DNA of 64,000 bases from Candidatus Calescibacterium sp. (GTDB taxonomy: Bacteria > Calescibacteriota > Calescibacteriia > Calescibacteriales > Calescibacteriaceae), in contig JAVVGL010000002.1 of assembly GCA_032249135.1 (NCBI GenBank), positions 1 through 64,000 on the forward strand, written 5' to 3'. A program made the position numbers and the translations under genes. How positions within the stretch are numbered: the first letter of the stretch is position 1; each line of letters opens with the position of its first letter. Shown here one piece after another: positions 30,395 to 40,446 of the stretch. Below the pieces are notes generated by a model. The model was not told where the DNA came from. It saw nothing but the letters and a program-made list of their open reading frames with translations, and made no database searches.

Positions 30395-31264
30395 TCATAT
30401 AGATTTTAAATTTTTCTTGAATTCTTCAAAAACTTCATCGGGAGAAAGCTGAAATACTCTCTTTCCACTCATTAGTTTTTTTCTTCTTCTGAAAGTCTGA
30501 TAGCAGAAATCTACAAATTTTAAAATCATTTTCTGTCCTTCTTCTTTATCATCTTGATAGAATAGTTTTATATGATCTTCTTTTGTGAAAAGAGATATAA
30601 AAGCTCCGTTTACTTCGGGGATAGGGCGGAAGAAAAAATGAGGAATAACGAATTCTATTTTTGGTTCAAAGAAAAATCGTGTTATACAAGATATGGCACT
30701 GTAATTTTCATCTCCTTCTTTTGCTGAAATTTTTTTTGCGAACTCATACTGGACAAGTAAATGAACACTTTTTATATCAAAAACTTCAAGAACTATCTTG
30801 TGAATAAGTTGTGATGAGATATAAAATGGAATGTTTGATACTATCTTTATCTTTTCCCTCTGATCTAATATTTCTCTTATTTTCTCTCTATCTCCTTTTA
30901 TACATACTGTGTTATTATTGTTTTCATATATTTTGTAGATCTCATCTAATCTTGTTTGAAGAAAATCTTTTTTGACTACAACTCCAAACTGAATTATTTT
31001 TTTCAGGTGCTCATACATTCTATCATCTATTTCAAAAGATATGACAAGTTTTGAATTTCTTTCCAATATCTTTGTAAGATTTCCTTCCCCTCCACCTATT
31101 TCTACCACAATATCATCTTTGTGAGCAAACGAACCGATTTTTTCCAAAATATCTTTTTTTACAAGTTTGTGCTGTCCCAAGCTCTTTCGGGGTATAAGAA
31201 CTCGCCGAGGTTTTATATATAAATTAAGGAGTTTCTCAAAAACAATATTCTCTCTCTTTCCCAT
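30395..31264 (-). CDS. rsmA: 16S rRNA (adenine-N6,N6)-dimethyltransferase
   Basis: KSLGQH.L, VEIGGGEG.LT, EID, SNIPFYIS, VQYEFA, F.P.PEV. Confidence 0.93.
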   Translation of the reverse strand: MGKRENIVFEKLLNLYIKPRRVLIPRKSLGQHKLVKKDILEKIGSFAHKDDIVVEIGGGEGNLTKILERNSKLVISFEIDDRMYEHLKKIIQFGVVVKKDFLQTRLDEIYKIYENNNNTVCIKGDREKIREILDQREKIKIVSNIPFYISSQLIHKIVLEVFDIKSVHLLVQYEFAKKISAKEGDENYSAISCITRFFFEPKIEFVIPHFFFRPIPEVNGAFISLFTKEDHIKLFYQDDKEEGQKMILKFVDFCYQTFRRRKKLMSGKRVFQLSPDEVFEEFKKNLKSI

Positions 31265-31347
31265 AAGTCAGGACATAAAAATTCTTTATCATCAAAAAGC
31301 AGAAAAATTTTACCAAAAAATTAATTTTTTGAATTAATTTTTTTACT

Positions 31348-32238
31348 ATGAAGACTCCAGGATCATCCCAGAATAAATTACGAAAAAAGGATTGGATTTT
31401 TAATCTTTTGATTTTCATTTTTCCTTTTTTGACTTTCTCCTTTGTCATAAGGAGTCCATGTGTTAATATTGAAAAAAATTTTTTCAAATATGCTGGTGCC
31501 CAAGATTCAGAATATAAAGAAGAAGATCTATCACAGAGCGATAAAGGTGAGGAGTTTGAAGTCAAAGTTCAAGGTGTAGTTGTTGATAGGGTATCAAGGT
31601 CCCCAGTTGTAATACTTGTGACAAAAGATAAACAGAGGTTTGTACCTATATGGATAGGATTTGCAGAAGCTATGTCTATTGATATTGCATTGAGAGGAGA
31701 AAAACCCCCTCGCCCCCTCACTCATGATTTGTTCAAACAAACAATAGAGAAGTTAGGAGCAAAGATTGAGAAGGTGAAAATAACATCAATAAAAAATAAT
31801 ACCTATTTTGCATTTATAAAATTTGTTCAGGGTAATAAAGTGCACTATGTAGATTCTCGCCCATCAGATGCTATCGCTCTTGCTCTACGAACAGGTGCTC
31901 CATTATATATAAGCAAAGAAATTCTCTCTGCCTCAGTTAAAATACCACAATCTGAGGAACTCTTGTGGTCTAAAGTTGGAATATCAGTTCAACTCATAAC
32001 ACCGGATCTTGAAGAGTTCTTCAAAGTAAAAGGAATTGTAGTATCAGATGTAAGGAAAAATTCGAAAGCAGAAGATAAGATTAAAAGAGGAGATATTATA
32101 ATTTCTGTAAATGGAAAAAGTACTCAAGGTGAAAATGGTATGGACATACTAGAGGATGAGGTTAAAAAAAGCGATTCCCTACAACTTGAAATAATAAGAG
32201 ACGGAAAAAAGCAAACACTGAAAATATCTTTAAAATAG
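31348..32238 (+). CDS. Bifunctional nuclease domain (DUF151) protein with an N-terminal hydrophobic segment and a C-terminal PDZ domain
   Basis: PIWIG..EA.SI, PPRPLTHDL, DSRPSDAIALALR, then a PDZ-like GI.VSDV...S.A...IKRGDIIISVNG...EIIRDG. Confidence 0.88.
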   Translation: MKTPGSSQNKLRKKDWIFNLLIFIFPFLTFSFVIRSPCVNIEKNFFKYAGAQDSEYKEEDLSQSDKGEEFEVKVQGVVVDRVSRSPVVILVTKDKQRFVPIWIGFAEAMSIDIALRGEKPPRPLTHDLFKQTIEKLGAKIEKVKITSIKNNTYFAFIKFVQGNKVHYVDSRPSDAIALALRTGAPLYISKEILSASVKIPQSEELLWSKVGISVQLITPDLEEFFKVKGIVVSDVRKNSKAEDKIKRGDIIISVNGKSTQGENGMDILEDEVKKSDSLQLEIIRDGKKQTLKISLK

Positions 32239-32258
32239 CTGTGTCATAAAAGTAAATT

Positions 32259-32675
32259 ATGTCATATTACACATTTTTGAATTTGGTTTCCACCTTGTCA
32301 ATTGTTGTCTCTGGGATTTTAGTTGTACTCGGGTTAGTAGAGATAAAAACAAAAAGGAGGATCCATATTCACAGAAATCTTATGCTCTCTGCATCTTTTT
32401 TTGCTGCCCTTTTTCTCATAATCTACATCATAAAATATTTTGCTTTTGGACCCAAAGAATACCGAGGAGATATGAGGAATCTTTATCTTGCCGTTTTATT
32501 TGTACATTCTTTGCTCGCATCTTTAAATGTACCTCTGGTTATTATAACTATCTTTCTTGCATTAAGAAAGAAATTCGCTTTGCACAAAAAAGTTGCAAAA
32601 ATAACTGCTCCAACATGGATAATAGTTGCTCTAACGGGTTGGATAATTTTCGTTTTCCTTACCTTTGGGGAATAA
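32259..32675 (+). CDS. DUF420 (YozB-like) membrane protein
   Basis: Four TM helices; HRNLML.A, FL..Y, H..LA, HKK.AK...P.W. Confidence 0.85.
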   Translation: MSYYTFLNLVSTLSIVVSGILVVLGLVEIKTKRRIHIHRNLMLSASFFAALFLIIYIIKYFAFGPKEYRGDMRNLYLAVLFVHSLLASLNVPLVIITIFLALRKKFALHKKVAKITAPTWIIVALTGWIIFVFLTFGE

Positions 32676-32836
32676 ACGAAAATAAAATTAACGGTTTATA
32701 AAAAAAGAACAATCAAAATTCAGAATAATGTTCTCCATTACCATTAGATGTTTCTGCAACTCAATTTTCATTTTAACCTTGATATAGGTCATTTTTCAAC
32801 TTGATAAAAGTATTTTCCTCACTAATAACTAATTGT

Positions 32837-32858
32837 AAAAAAAAAAAAAAAAAAAAAA
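32837..32858. repeat. A22 homopolymer between convergent genes
   Basis: 22 consecutive A, 11 nt beyond the leuD stop. Confidence 0.9.
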
Positions 32859-32869
32859 TAGGTCACAGA

Positions 32870-33529
32870 TCAAAAATATTTTTTGTGTTTTTGAATTATG
32901 TTTTGGCTTATTTCCCTGAAAGGGAATAGTTTTTTCCTTTTTTCTTCATATTCTTTAATTTTGTCCTCATATTTTAATGTCAGAGCAATTTCATCAAGAC
33001 CTTCAATTATGTAAATTTTTCTCACCGGATCCATTTCAAATTTTGTTGAGAAACCAAAATCATCATATATAATTTGCTCTTCAATATCAACGGTAAGGTA
33101 GTAAGGTTGGTTCTGTTTTTCAAGTTCATATACTTTTTGGAAAAGCTCATCTACTATATTTTCGGGCAGAGTAATGAGGGCAAGTCCGTTTTTGAAAGCA
33201 TTATTGTAAAAAATATCAGCAAATTTTGGGGATATTATTACTCTGAAACCAAAATCGTATAGTGCCCAGACTGCGTGTTCCCTTGAACTTCCAGCGCCGA
33301 AATTTTTTCTCGTAAGGAGAATTTTTGCATTTTTAAATAGAGGTTTATTCAGAACAAAATCAGGATTTGGTTCCTTATCTCCTTTATATCTCCAATCATA
33401 AAACAAAAATTCCCCAAAACCCGTTCTTTCTATTTTTTTGAGAAACTGTTTAGGTATTATTTGGTCGGTATCAACATCTGACCTGTCTAATGGAGCTACT
33501 ATCCCCCTTATTTTTTTTAAAGGCTCCAT
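32870..33529 (-). CDS. leuD: 3-isopropylmalate dehydratase small subunit
   Basis: DVDTDQIIPKQFLK, NFGAGSSREHAVWAL, FADIFYNNAFKNG, GLDEI.LTL. Confidence 0.97.
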   Translation of the reverse strand: MEPLKKIRGIVAPLDRSDVDTDQIIPKQFLKKIERTGFGEFLFYDWRYKGDKEPNPDFVLNKPLFKNAKILLTRKNFGAGSSREHAVWALYDFGFRVIISPKFADIFYNNAFKNGLALITLPENIVDELFQKVYELEKQNQPYYLTVDIEEQIIYDDFGFSTKFEMDPVRKIYIIEGLDEIALTLKYEDKIKEYEEKRKKLFPFREISQNIIQKHKKYF

Positions 33530-33567
33530 CTTTGTAAAATTATTTTATTATTTTTTTTGATAATAAT

Positions 33568-34170
33568 TTAGTATCCCCTTTCTGTCCTTTTTTTGAGCTC
33601 TTCATCCAATTTTTGTAGCATCTCCTCTGCTCGCTCCTTAACGATAGCTCTATGCTTTTGTCTTGCCATATCTTTCATTTTGTTGAAAGTTTCTTGAAGA
33701 ACATTATCTACTTCAAGCAAAGCAAGACAATACATAACTTTCTTCTTTTCATCGGTATATCTATCTACTATTTGTGATCCAACAAGCAATGCCTCCGTTG
33801 TAGATTTTATTATAATCTGTGTAAACTCATCTGAACCTTCTGCATCTTTATTGAAGTAATCTTTGTGCTCTTCCATAAAATCTGTTATAAGCGATGCTAC
33901 ATATGAGTCAAGAACTCTTGCAAGATCTGCCCGAGCACGAGTATCACATCTTATCCTTGTCATAGCTTCATTTGGAGAAAGTTCAGATACCCCAACGCCA
34001 TACAACTTTTTCTCCTTTGGAGAAAATGCCCCCGCACCTTTTATGACCCATTCTGGTGGCTTTTTTCCACACCCAATTTGAAAGAAAACAACAAGTAAGA
34101 AAAACAAAAACACGAGTATTACACTGCTTACCTTAATATATTTACTATTCATTTTCACAAACTTATCCAT
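33568..34170 (-). CDS. LPP20-family lipoprotein
   Basis: Lipobox QIGC, PPEWV, YGVG, RARADLA. ATG 34170 has a GGGAGG SD. Confidence 0.8.
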   Translation of the reverse strand: MDKFVKMNSKYIKVSSVILVFLFFLLVVFFQIGCGKKPPEWVIKGAGAFSPKEKKLYGVGVSELSPNEAMTRIRCDTRARADLARVLDSYVASLITDFMEEHKDYFNKDAEGSDEFTQIIIKSTTEALLVGSQIVDRYTDEKKKVMYCLALLEVDNVLQETFNKMKDMARQKHRAIVKERAEEMLQKLDEELKKRTERGY

Positions 34171-34345
34171 TTTTCTACCTCCCAAAAAATAATTTAATCA
34201 TTTGTTTCAAATCTAAGTTATAAAATTGCAATTTTTTTGTAGCCCACCAAAACCCCTCAAATAAAAGCTCATAAATTACGATTAAAAAACGTAAAATAAA
34301 TTACTTTTAATTTTAGTTATAGATTGCTTTTAGAATCTAATATTT

Positions 34346-35800
34346 ATGATGATGAGAGGAAAAAAATTTGTCTCACTATATGAGAAACTTACGAAAACCC
34401 CATTTCCCACTGAAAAATTTATCAAAAAAGAAGAAAAAGAAGAGGTAATAGAAGAAGAAAAAGAGAAAGAAGAGAAAATAGAAGAAGAAATTTCAGTACC
34501 AGAGGAGATACCCAGAGAGGAAATAGAGCTTGAATTCAAAATCCCCGAATTCAAAATCCCCGAAATACAACTCGAAGCAGAAAAAAAACCTACCGAAGAA
34601 ATAAAAGAAGAAGAAATTACTCCCAAACCAACAAAAATTGAAGTAGAAGAAGAAACAGAAGAAGAAATTCAGATTCAGGAAAAATATGAAAAGTTAGTAT
34701 TTGAAGAAGAAATAATATCAGAAGAGCTGACAAGGAGAAAAGTCAGAGAAAAATTTGAGGACGGCAAAAAGAAGGTAGAAGGAGAGGAAGACATAAAAAG
34801 GAAAGTAATCGTTGGTCTTGATGTGCCTGAGACAAAGAGAGAATATATAAGCCAAGAAGAGAAAATCTCTGAAACTGAATCTCAATTGAAAACCGATGAG
34901 CAAAAAGATAAAATAACTTTTATGGATAAAGAAAATATTAATCATCGTATAGATAAGGAACCTAAAAGCAAACAGCCATTAATTCAGGAAATAATAGATA
35001 GGATAAGAGTTGACATAATAGCTCGTGCGGAAGTTGAAGCTAAAAAGAAAATAGACGAAGCAGAAAAAAAAGCAAAAGAAATAATAGATAACGCCTACAA
35101 GGAATCTGAAAAAATAATAAATGAAGCTTTATCAAGAAGCTTAGATATATCAAGAGAAATAGAGAAGGAAGCCGAAGAAAGAGGTTTCAAAAAAGGATAT
35201 GAAAAAGGCTATAAGGAAGGAGAAAATAAGGGGTACGAGGATGCATACAAAAAAACTTTGTCAGAAGGAAGATACGCCCTTGAGATGATAAGAAAGATAG
35301 CAGATGAGGTAGCCTATGCAAAGGAAAGATTTTCTGATGATTTCCCGAAAATAGTTCTACATCTTACACTCGTTGCCCTCAAGACAATTCTTATGACAGA
35401 AAGAATAAAAGACGAGGAACTCGTTATAAGAGCTCTCAAAGATGCACTTGATAAAGTAAAAGGATTCAAAATAGTAAGAATAAGATTGAATGAAAAGGAT
35501 ATAGAGATAGTCAAAAAATTTTTCCAGATACCCGAAGATATTGACATAGTCCCCGATAACTCCGTTCAGCGTGGAGATGTAAAGATAGACATGAGGGAAG
35601 GATATTTTGAGTCCTCTATAAAATGGAGAGAAAAAATAATAGAAGAGGTTCTGAAAGGAGAGCTTGAAAACCTCATGAGTGAAAAACCCGAGGAGAATAG
35701 CCATTCTCCAAAAGAAAATCCTCCACAAGGGAACAAAATGCAAGAAAACATTGAAATCAAAGAAAGCAAAGAGATTGAAGATATAAAAGAGTTAGAATAG
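34346..35800 (+). CDS. fliH: FliH/SctL-family flagellar export protein with a long acidic N-terminal extension
   Basis: Coiled coil EA..KA.EII..A, GxxxG repeats (GFKKGYEKGYKEGENKGY), C-terminal IRLNEKD...D..V.RGD..I....G. Confidence 0.78.
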   Translation: MMMRGKKFVSLYEKLTKTPFPTEKFIKKEEKEEVIEEEKEKEEKIEEEISVPEEIPREEIELEFKIPEFKIPEIQLEAEKKPTEEIKEEEITPKPTKIEVEEETEEEIQIQEKYEKLVFEEEIISEELTRRKVREKFEDGKKKVEGEEDIKRKVIVGLDVPETKREYISQEEKISETESQLKTDEQKDKITFMDKENINHRIDKEPKSKQPLIQEIIDRIRVDIIARAEVEAKKKIDEAEKKAKEIIDNAYKESEKIINEALSRSLDISREIEKEAEERGFKKGYEKGYKEGENKGYEDAYKKTLSEGRYALEMIRKIADEVAYAKERFSDDFPKIVLHLTLVALKTILMTERIKDEELVIRALKDALDKVKGFKIVRIRLNEKDIEIVKKFFQIPEDIDIVPDNSVQRGDVKIDMREGYFESSIKWREKIIEEVLKGELENLMSEKPEENSHSPKENPPQGNKMQENIEIKESKEIEDIKELE

Positions 35801-35817
35801 CTCATCCCTCAAATAAA

Positions 35818-36762
35818 TCACATCATCTCTCTTATTTTCTCTATAATAGGCAAATATATAGATACGATGAAAAAAATCAGAAATATAGATGTTATTATGA
35901 ATAATGCTGGTTCTATCGCTCTTTTTATTATCTCCGCCTCTCTCTTTGCTCTATCAAGATAAATATCAGATATGCTGAACAAAATCTGCGATAATCTTCC
36001 TATCTCAAAAGAACTTAAAATTTCTTCCTGAAATTCCTTTATGAAAGAAAAAGATGGAGTAAGTCCTCTCAAAATCCTTCCCACTTCAAGTTCCATCTCC
36101 TTTTTTATCTTCCCAGGTATAAGATACGAAGTAAGAATTAATGCTTTCTGAAGTGGTATTCCATTATCCAAACATATTGCTAACGCTCTTGTGCATATTG
36201 AAAGTTTGGCTGAATTAAATAAAGGAATTTCTCTTATCTGCGAGATAATGATATATGTAAAACCCAAAAATATAGCAGTAAAAGTTATGAAGTTATCTTG
36301 AATATACTCCCTGACATTTTGTATCAAAATTATGCTTTTAGGTGGCTGAACTCCGAATTCCGATAACATCAATAGTATCTCCGGAATAACAAAAACTACA
36401 ACTATTGAAAAGAAAACAAAAAGCGAAGCTATTGAAAATAAAGGAGTAATCAGCGCAAACTTTATATCTCTTTCAAGATTTTCTTTTAGCTCAAGAAGAC
36501 TCACAAGATTTCCAAGAACCTGCGTAAGCTTTCCTGTTTCTTCCCCTATCTTTATATTTTGAACAATAAATTCTGGAAACCTCTCTAATTTCAAAGCTGT
36601 AGAAAGGTCTAATCCTCTCTTTATGTATTCTCCTATCTCCTCACCCCCCATTATTTTTTTTAGAGACGGTTCAATTTTGAAACCAGCCGAAAGATATAAG
36701 TATAATTCTTTGAGAAATTTCAAATGGTTCAATTTCTTTCTTTTGCCATCTACCTTTATCAT
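35818..36762 (-). CDS. Type II secretion/type IV pilus platform protein (GspF/PilC family)
   Basis: L...LSAG, G.DLS.AL, IGEETGKL..VL, P...VIPE, L...L..GIPL..AL, IEP...SIYLPI. Confidence 0.85.
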   Translation of the reverse strand: MIKVDGKRKKLNHLKFLKELYLYLSAGFKIEPSLKKIMGGEEIGEYIKRGLDLSTALKLERFPEFIVQNIKIGEETGKLTQVLGNLVSLLELKENLERDIKFALITPLFSIASLFVFFSIVVVFVIPEILLMLSEFGVQPPKSIILIQNVREYIQDNFITFTAIFLGFTYIIISQIREIPLFNSAKLSICTRALAICLDNGIPLQKALILTSYLIPGKIKKEMELEVGRILRGLTPSFSFIKEFQEEILSSFEIGRLSQILFSISDIYLDRAKREAEIIKRAIEPALFIITSIFLIFFIVSIYLPIIEKIREMM

Positions 36763-36809
36763 TTTTGATTTATCCGATTCCAGAATCCAAGTTTACTTGC
36801 AAGTTTAAT

Positions 36810-37148
36810 TTACTTACAATCTTCCTTTGTTGAGAAAAATTCACTAATCCTCTGAATAGTTTTCGGACCGACTCCCTTTATTTTCTCGAGTTCATCTATA
36901 CTATCAATTTTCGTGTATTTTATGTATTCATAAATCTTTCTCGCTTGACTTTCATTCACAACCAATCTGAGAGCATCTAATATTTCTTCTTTTTGGCAGT
37001 TTATTGATATTTTCTCTCCACACAAAACATTCAAAATTATGCTCTCCCTCCCAGGACATTTTTTGACTGCAAATACCACATCTAACTTCATTATAAAAAT
37101 CAGAAAAGTTAGCATAAACATTCCTTTTGTGTAGTGATTCGCTCGCAT
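36810..37148 (-). CDS. ComEA-like helix-hairpin-helix DNA-binding protein
   Basis: KISIN, A.KI.EY, SIDELEKIKGVGPKTI; hydrophobic N-terminus. Confidence 0.8.
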   Translation of the reverse strand: MRANHYTKGMFMLTFLIFIMKLDVVFAVKKCPGRESIILNVLCGEKISINCQKEEILDALRLVVNESQARKIYEYIKYTKIDSIDELEKIKGVGPKTIQRISEFFSTKEDCK

Positions 37149-37242
37149 ATTTCCATCTTATTCTTGTTAAAAAATAATTTTTTTACTCCGATATTTTTTA
37201 ATAAAAAGCCTTAAATTTTTAATTGAAGGAGGTTATAAGACT

Positions 37243-38058
37243 ATGAGAAGTTATCCTGACCTGACAAGTATATTAGGGCTTATGGCAATTTTTTTTGCAG
37301 TTTTTTTCGGCATATCAATAGAAGCTCACAGCATAAGCGATCTTCTCATATTTTTCTGGGGAAAAGGTGTTTGGGCTGCGTGGTTTATAGTTATAGGAGG
37401 AACAATTGCAGCAACTTTCACAGCATTCACATGGGGACAATTCTCTGCTGTCATCAAAATCTTAACAAGAAGTTTTTTTTCAACGAAAAAATACAATAAT
37501 CTCCAACTTATAGAGAATTTCACCGAATATGCCCGTAGAATAAGAAGAGAGGGAGTTAGAGTAATGGAACAAGTAATAGATGAAGTTGAACATCCTTATA
37601 TGAAAAGAGGATTAAGAGCTGTTGCCGATGGATTAGATTATGAAGCTGTTGAAAGAATCCTTGACGCAGAGCTTGCGGTCATTCAGGAAAGACATGCAGT
37701 CGGTCAAAAAATCTTTGACTTTGGTGCAATGTGTGCTCCATCTTTCGGACTCGTTGGAGCCGTATCAGGTCTTATAAGAACGCTCATTAACCTTGAAGAC
37801 CCTTCAAAAGTTGGTCCGGGTGTTGCTCTGGCTTTTGTCTCTACATTCTATGGTATCCTTTTGGCTTACGGACTTTTTACCCCTATAAAAAATAAGCTTG
37901 AAATGAAACATTCCGAGGAAATGGTAACCTTACTTCTCATAAGAGAGGGAGTCCTGGCTCTTACAAAAGGAGAGCCTCACATAGTTGTTGAAGAGAAACT
38001 AAAAGGTTATGTTACAGGTAAGGAGAGGGAAGCATTGGAGAGGAGGGCAGCAGCATAA
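37243..38058 (+). CDS. motA: Flagellar stator protein MotA
   Basis: IVIGGT, RREG, APSFGLVGAVSGLI, A.AFVSTFYG. GAV rather than GTL suggests the H+-type. GAAGGAGG SD. Confidence 0.93.
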   Translation: MRSYPDLTSILGLMAIFFAVFFGISIEAHSISDLLIFFWGKGVWAAWFIVIGGTIAATFTAFTWGQFSAVIKILTRSFFSTKKYNNLQLIENFTEYARRIRREGVRVMEQVIDEVEHPYMKRGLRAVADGLDYEAVERILDAELAVIQERHAVGQKIFDFGAMCAPSFGLVGAVSGLIRTLINLEDPSKVGPGVALAFVSTFYGILLAYGLFTPIKNKLEMKHSEEMVTLLLIREGVLALTKGEPHIVVEEKLKGYVTGKEREALERRAAA

Positions 38059-38780
38059 TGTTCAGAAAAGCAGAAAGTGGTGGAGGAGGAGGGGAACATG
38101 CTCCAAGATGGGCTATAATATGGCTTGATATGATGAATTCACTATTAGCTCTGTTTATTGCTATGTTCGCATTCTCCGAACCCAAAAGAACAAAAATAAT
38201 TTCTGTCGTTGTATCTTTGAGGGAGGCTCTTGGAGTTCTTTCGGGCGAACCTTTCCCAGAAAAGAAATTAGAAGCTATGATATCTACACCGGGACTCGGA
38301 CCGCTTTCCGGAAAACCAACTGGTTTCCTTATGAGCGCTATTGAAGAGATAAAAAAGGAAGTTGAAACCGGAGCTGAGCAAAGGGGACTGCTTTTTAGGG
38401 TTTACGGAACTCAAGAGGGAACAGTAGTTTCATTGCCATCCGATATTCTTTTTGAGCCCGGGAGCGCTTCATTATCTGAAAAAGGAGAAAAAGTAATTTC
38501 AATTTTAGCAAAATATATTTCTGCTATTCAGGCTGATATAGTTGTTGAGGGACATACTGACGATATACCCATTACATCACCTATATATCCATCAAACTGG
38601 GAGCTATCGGCTGCCCGTGCCGCTACAGTTGCACGGGTTCTTGAAAAATACGGTGTCCCTCACAATAGAATATCTGTCTCTGGATTTGCAGATACGAAAC
38701 CAATAGTTCCAAATATCTCCCCAGAAAATAGAATGAAAAACAGAAGAGTTGAAATAAAACTCAAAGGTTTAGTTTATTGA
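38058..38780 (+). CDS. motB: Flagellar stator protein MotB
   Basis: W....LD TM with the conserved Asp; OmpA-like LFEPGSA, VEGHTDD, SNWELSAARA, NRRVEI. Confidence 0.95.
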   Translation: MFRKAESGGGGGEHAPRWAIIWLDMMNSLLALFIAMFAFSEPKRTKIISVVVSLREALGVLSGEPFPEKKLEAMISTPGLGPLSGKPTGFLMSAIEEIKKEVETGAEQRGLLFRVYGTQEGTVVSLPSDILFEPGSASLSEKGEKVISILAKYISAIQADIVVEGHTDDIPITSPIYPSNWELSAARAATVARVLEKYGVPHNRISVSGFADTKPIVPNISPENRMKNRRVEIKLKGLVY

Positions 38781-38809
38781 TTTAGTAAGGTAGATAAACT
38801 TTTTCTCTT

Positions 38810-39292
38810 ATGAAGTACGAACTTTACAGATTGTCAGTATTTTTGCATATCTTTGCGTTCTCTGTTTGGTTTGGAGGAATGATATTTATCTCGCTTATTT
38901 TGAGACCTTCTCTTATGAGAAGGGAAGACTATCCCGATATTATAAATGTGGTAGCAAGAAAATTCAGCAAAATTACTTGGTTTTTTATTTTCCCTACTTT
39001 GCTCATTACTGGTTTTTTTAACTCATATATCAGAACCGGTGAGATAAACCCTTTTGAGTGGACAAAATACACTCCGGGTAAGATAGCATTAATAAAGCTT
39101 CATTTGCTCATTCTTATTTTCATTTTAAGTGCTTTGCATGATTTTAAAATTGGACCAAAGGCAGTGGAGCAAATGAGAAATCGGACAAATCCACAAAATT
39201 TCAGAAAACTTTCAGGATTTATAGGAAGATTAAATTTCCTCCTCGGAACTATAATGCTTATATTAGGAATTCTAATAGTGAGGGGATGCTAA
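38810..39292 (+). CDS. CopD/DUF4149-family membrane protein
   Basis: LHI....W.GGM.F, L.ITG, K, HDF..GP; four TM helices. Confidence 0.8.
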   Translation: MKYELYRLSVFLHIFAFSVWFGGMIFISLILRPSLMRREDYPDIINVVARKFSKITWFFIFPTLLITGFFNSYIRTGEINPFEWTKYTPGKIALIKLHLLILIFILSALHDFKIGPKAVEQMRNRTNPQNFRKLSGFIGRLNFLLGTIMLILGILIVRGC

Positions 39293-39420
39293 AATACGAA
39301 TACCTATCAATATAGAATAAACTTAAAGTGCTGATCAATTGTCTAAATACAAATAGAGAATAAAAAAAGAAATTTAACCTGAAAAATTAAAAATCTTTGA
39401 GTTCAAGGAAAATTTTTTAG

Positions 39421-40374
39421 ATGAAAATGACCAAGAAAAGTAAAAACTCAGAAAACAAAAAAAGCAATCAAGTCAAAAATAGTAGTGAAGTGATACAAGG
39501 AAACTATGTCGCTCTTGTTACACCTTTTTATGATGGTAAAATAGATGAGAAATCTTTCAAGAAACTTATAGATTTTGTGATAGAAAACGGCTGCGATGGG
39601 ATTGTTCCCTGCGGGACAACTGGGGAAGCTGCAACACTTGATTTTGATGAACATATAAAAGTTATAGAGCTGGCTCTGGAATTCTCGGCAGGTAGAGTAA
39701 AAGTAATGGCTGGAACAGGTTCAAACTCAACGCAGGAGGCAATAGAGCTTACAAAAAAAGCTGAAAAACTTGGAGTTGACTCAGTTCTCCTTATAGCCCC
39801 ATATTATATAAGACCAACTCAAACTGGTTTATATGAACACTACAAAAAAATAGCTTCAGAATGTGCGGTTCCACAGGTTTTGTATAATATTCCTTCACGA
39901 ACAGGCGTCAATATAGAAGCAGAAACAGTTCTCAAACTTGCTCACGAATGCAAAAACATAGTGGGAATAAAAGAGGCTTCCGGAAATATAAAGCAAATAT
40001 CAGAGATAATAAAGGGAGCACCTGAAAACTTCTCCGTAATCTCCGGAGATGACATTATGACCTTACCCATCATATCAATTGGAGGTAAAGGTGTCATATC
40101 ATCAACAGCAAATGCATTTCCTTCAGAGATGACGAAACTTGTAAAATATGGACTTGAAGGAAATTTTGAAGAAGCAAGAAAACTCCATATTTATTTACTT
40201 GATGCATTTAATACTCTTTTTATAGAGACAAACCCAATTCCTGTTAAGACTGCTCTTTATCTTATGGGGATAATAAGATCGCCAGAACTTCGCTTACCAC
40301 TCTGCCCTCCATCTCAAAAAACCCTTGAAATGATAAAAAACATGCTGAAAAAATATAATCTTTTGCCTGAATAA
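39421..40374 (+). CDS. dapA: 4-hydroxy-tetrahydrodipicolinate synthase
   Basis: ALVTPF, GTTGE, GTGSNST, LYNIPSRTG, GIKEASG, SGDD, ETNPIPVK. Confidence 0.97.
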   Translation: MKMTKKSKNSENKKSNQVKNSSEVIQGNYVALVTPFYDGKIDEKSFKKLIDFVIENGCDGIVPCGTTGEAATLDFDEHIKVIELALEFSAGRVKVMAGTGSNSTQEAIELTKKAEKLGVDSVLLIAPYYIRPTQTGLYEHYKKIASECAVPQVLYNIPSRTGVNIEAETVLKLAHECKNIVGIKEASGNIKQISEIIKGAPENFSVISGDDIMTLPIISIGGKGVISSTANAFPSEMTKLVKYGLEGNFEEARKLHIYLLDAFNTLFIETNPIPVKTALYLMGIIRSPELRLPLCPPSQKTLEMIKNMLKKYNLLPE

Positions 40375-40446
40375 AAATAATAATCTTCTAAATAAGAATC
40401 TAAACAAGAAAATAAATAAGAAAATTTTAAAAGAAAAAAAAGAAAA

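Noticed and set aside
8500..39420. AAAAATTTTT palindromes in intergenic regions as a regulator site
   Set aside because: Expected in very AT-rich spacers and partly explained by the TAAAAT/TAAATT -10 pattern; no specific consensus.
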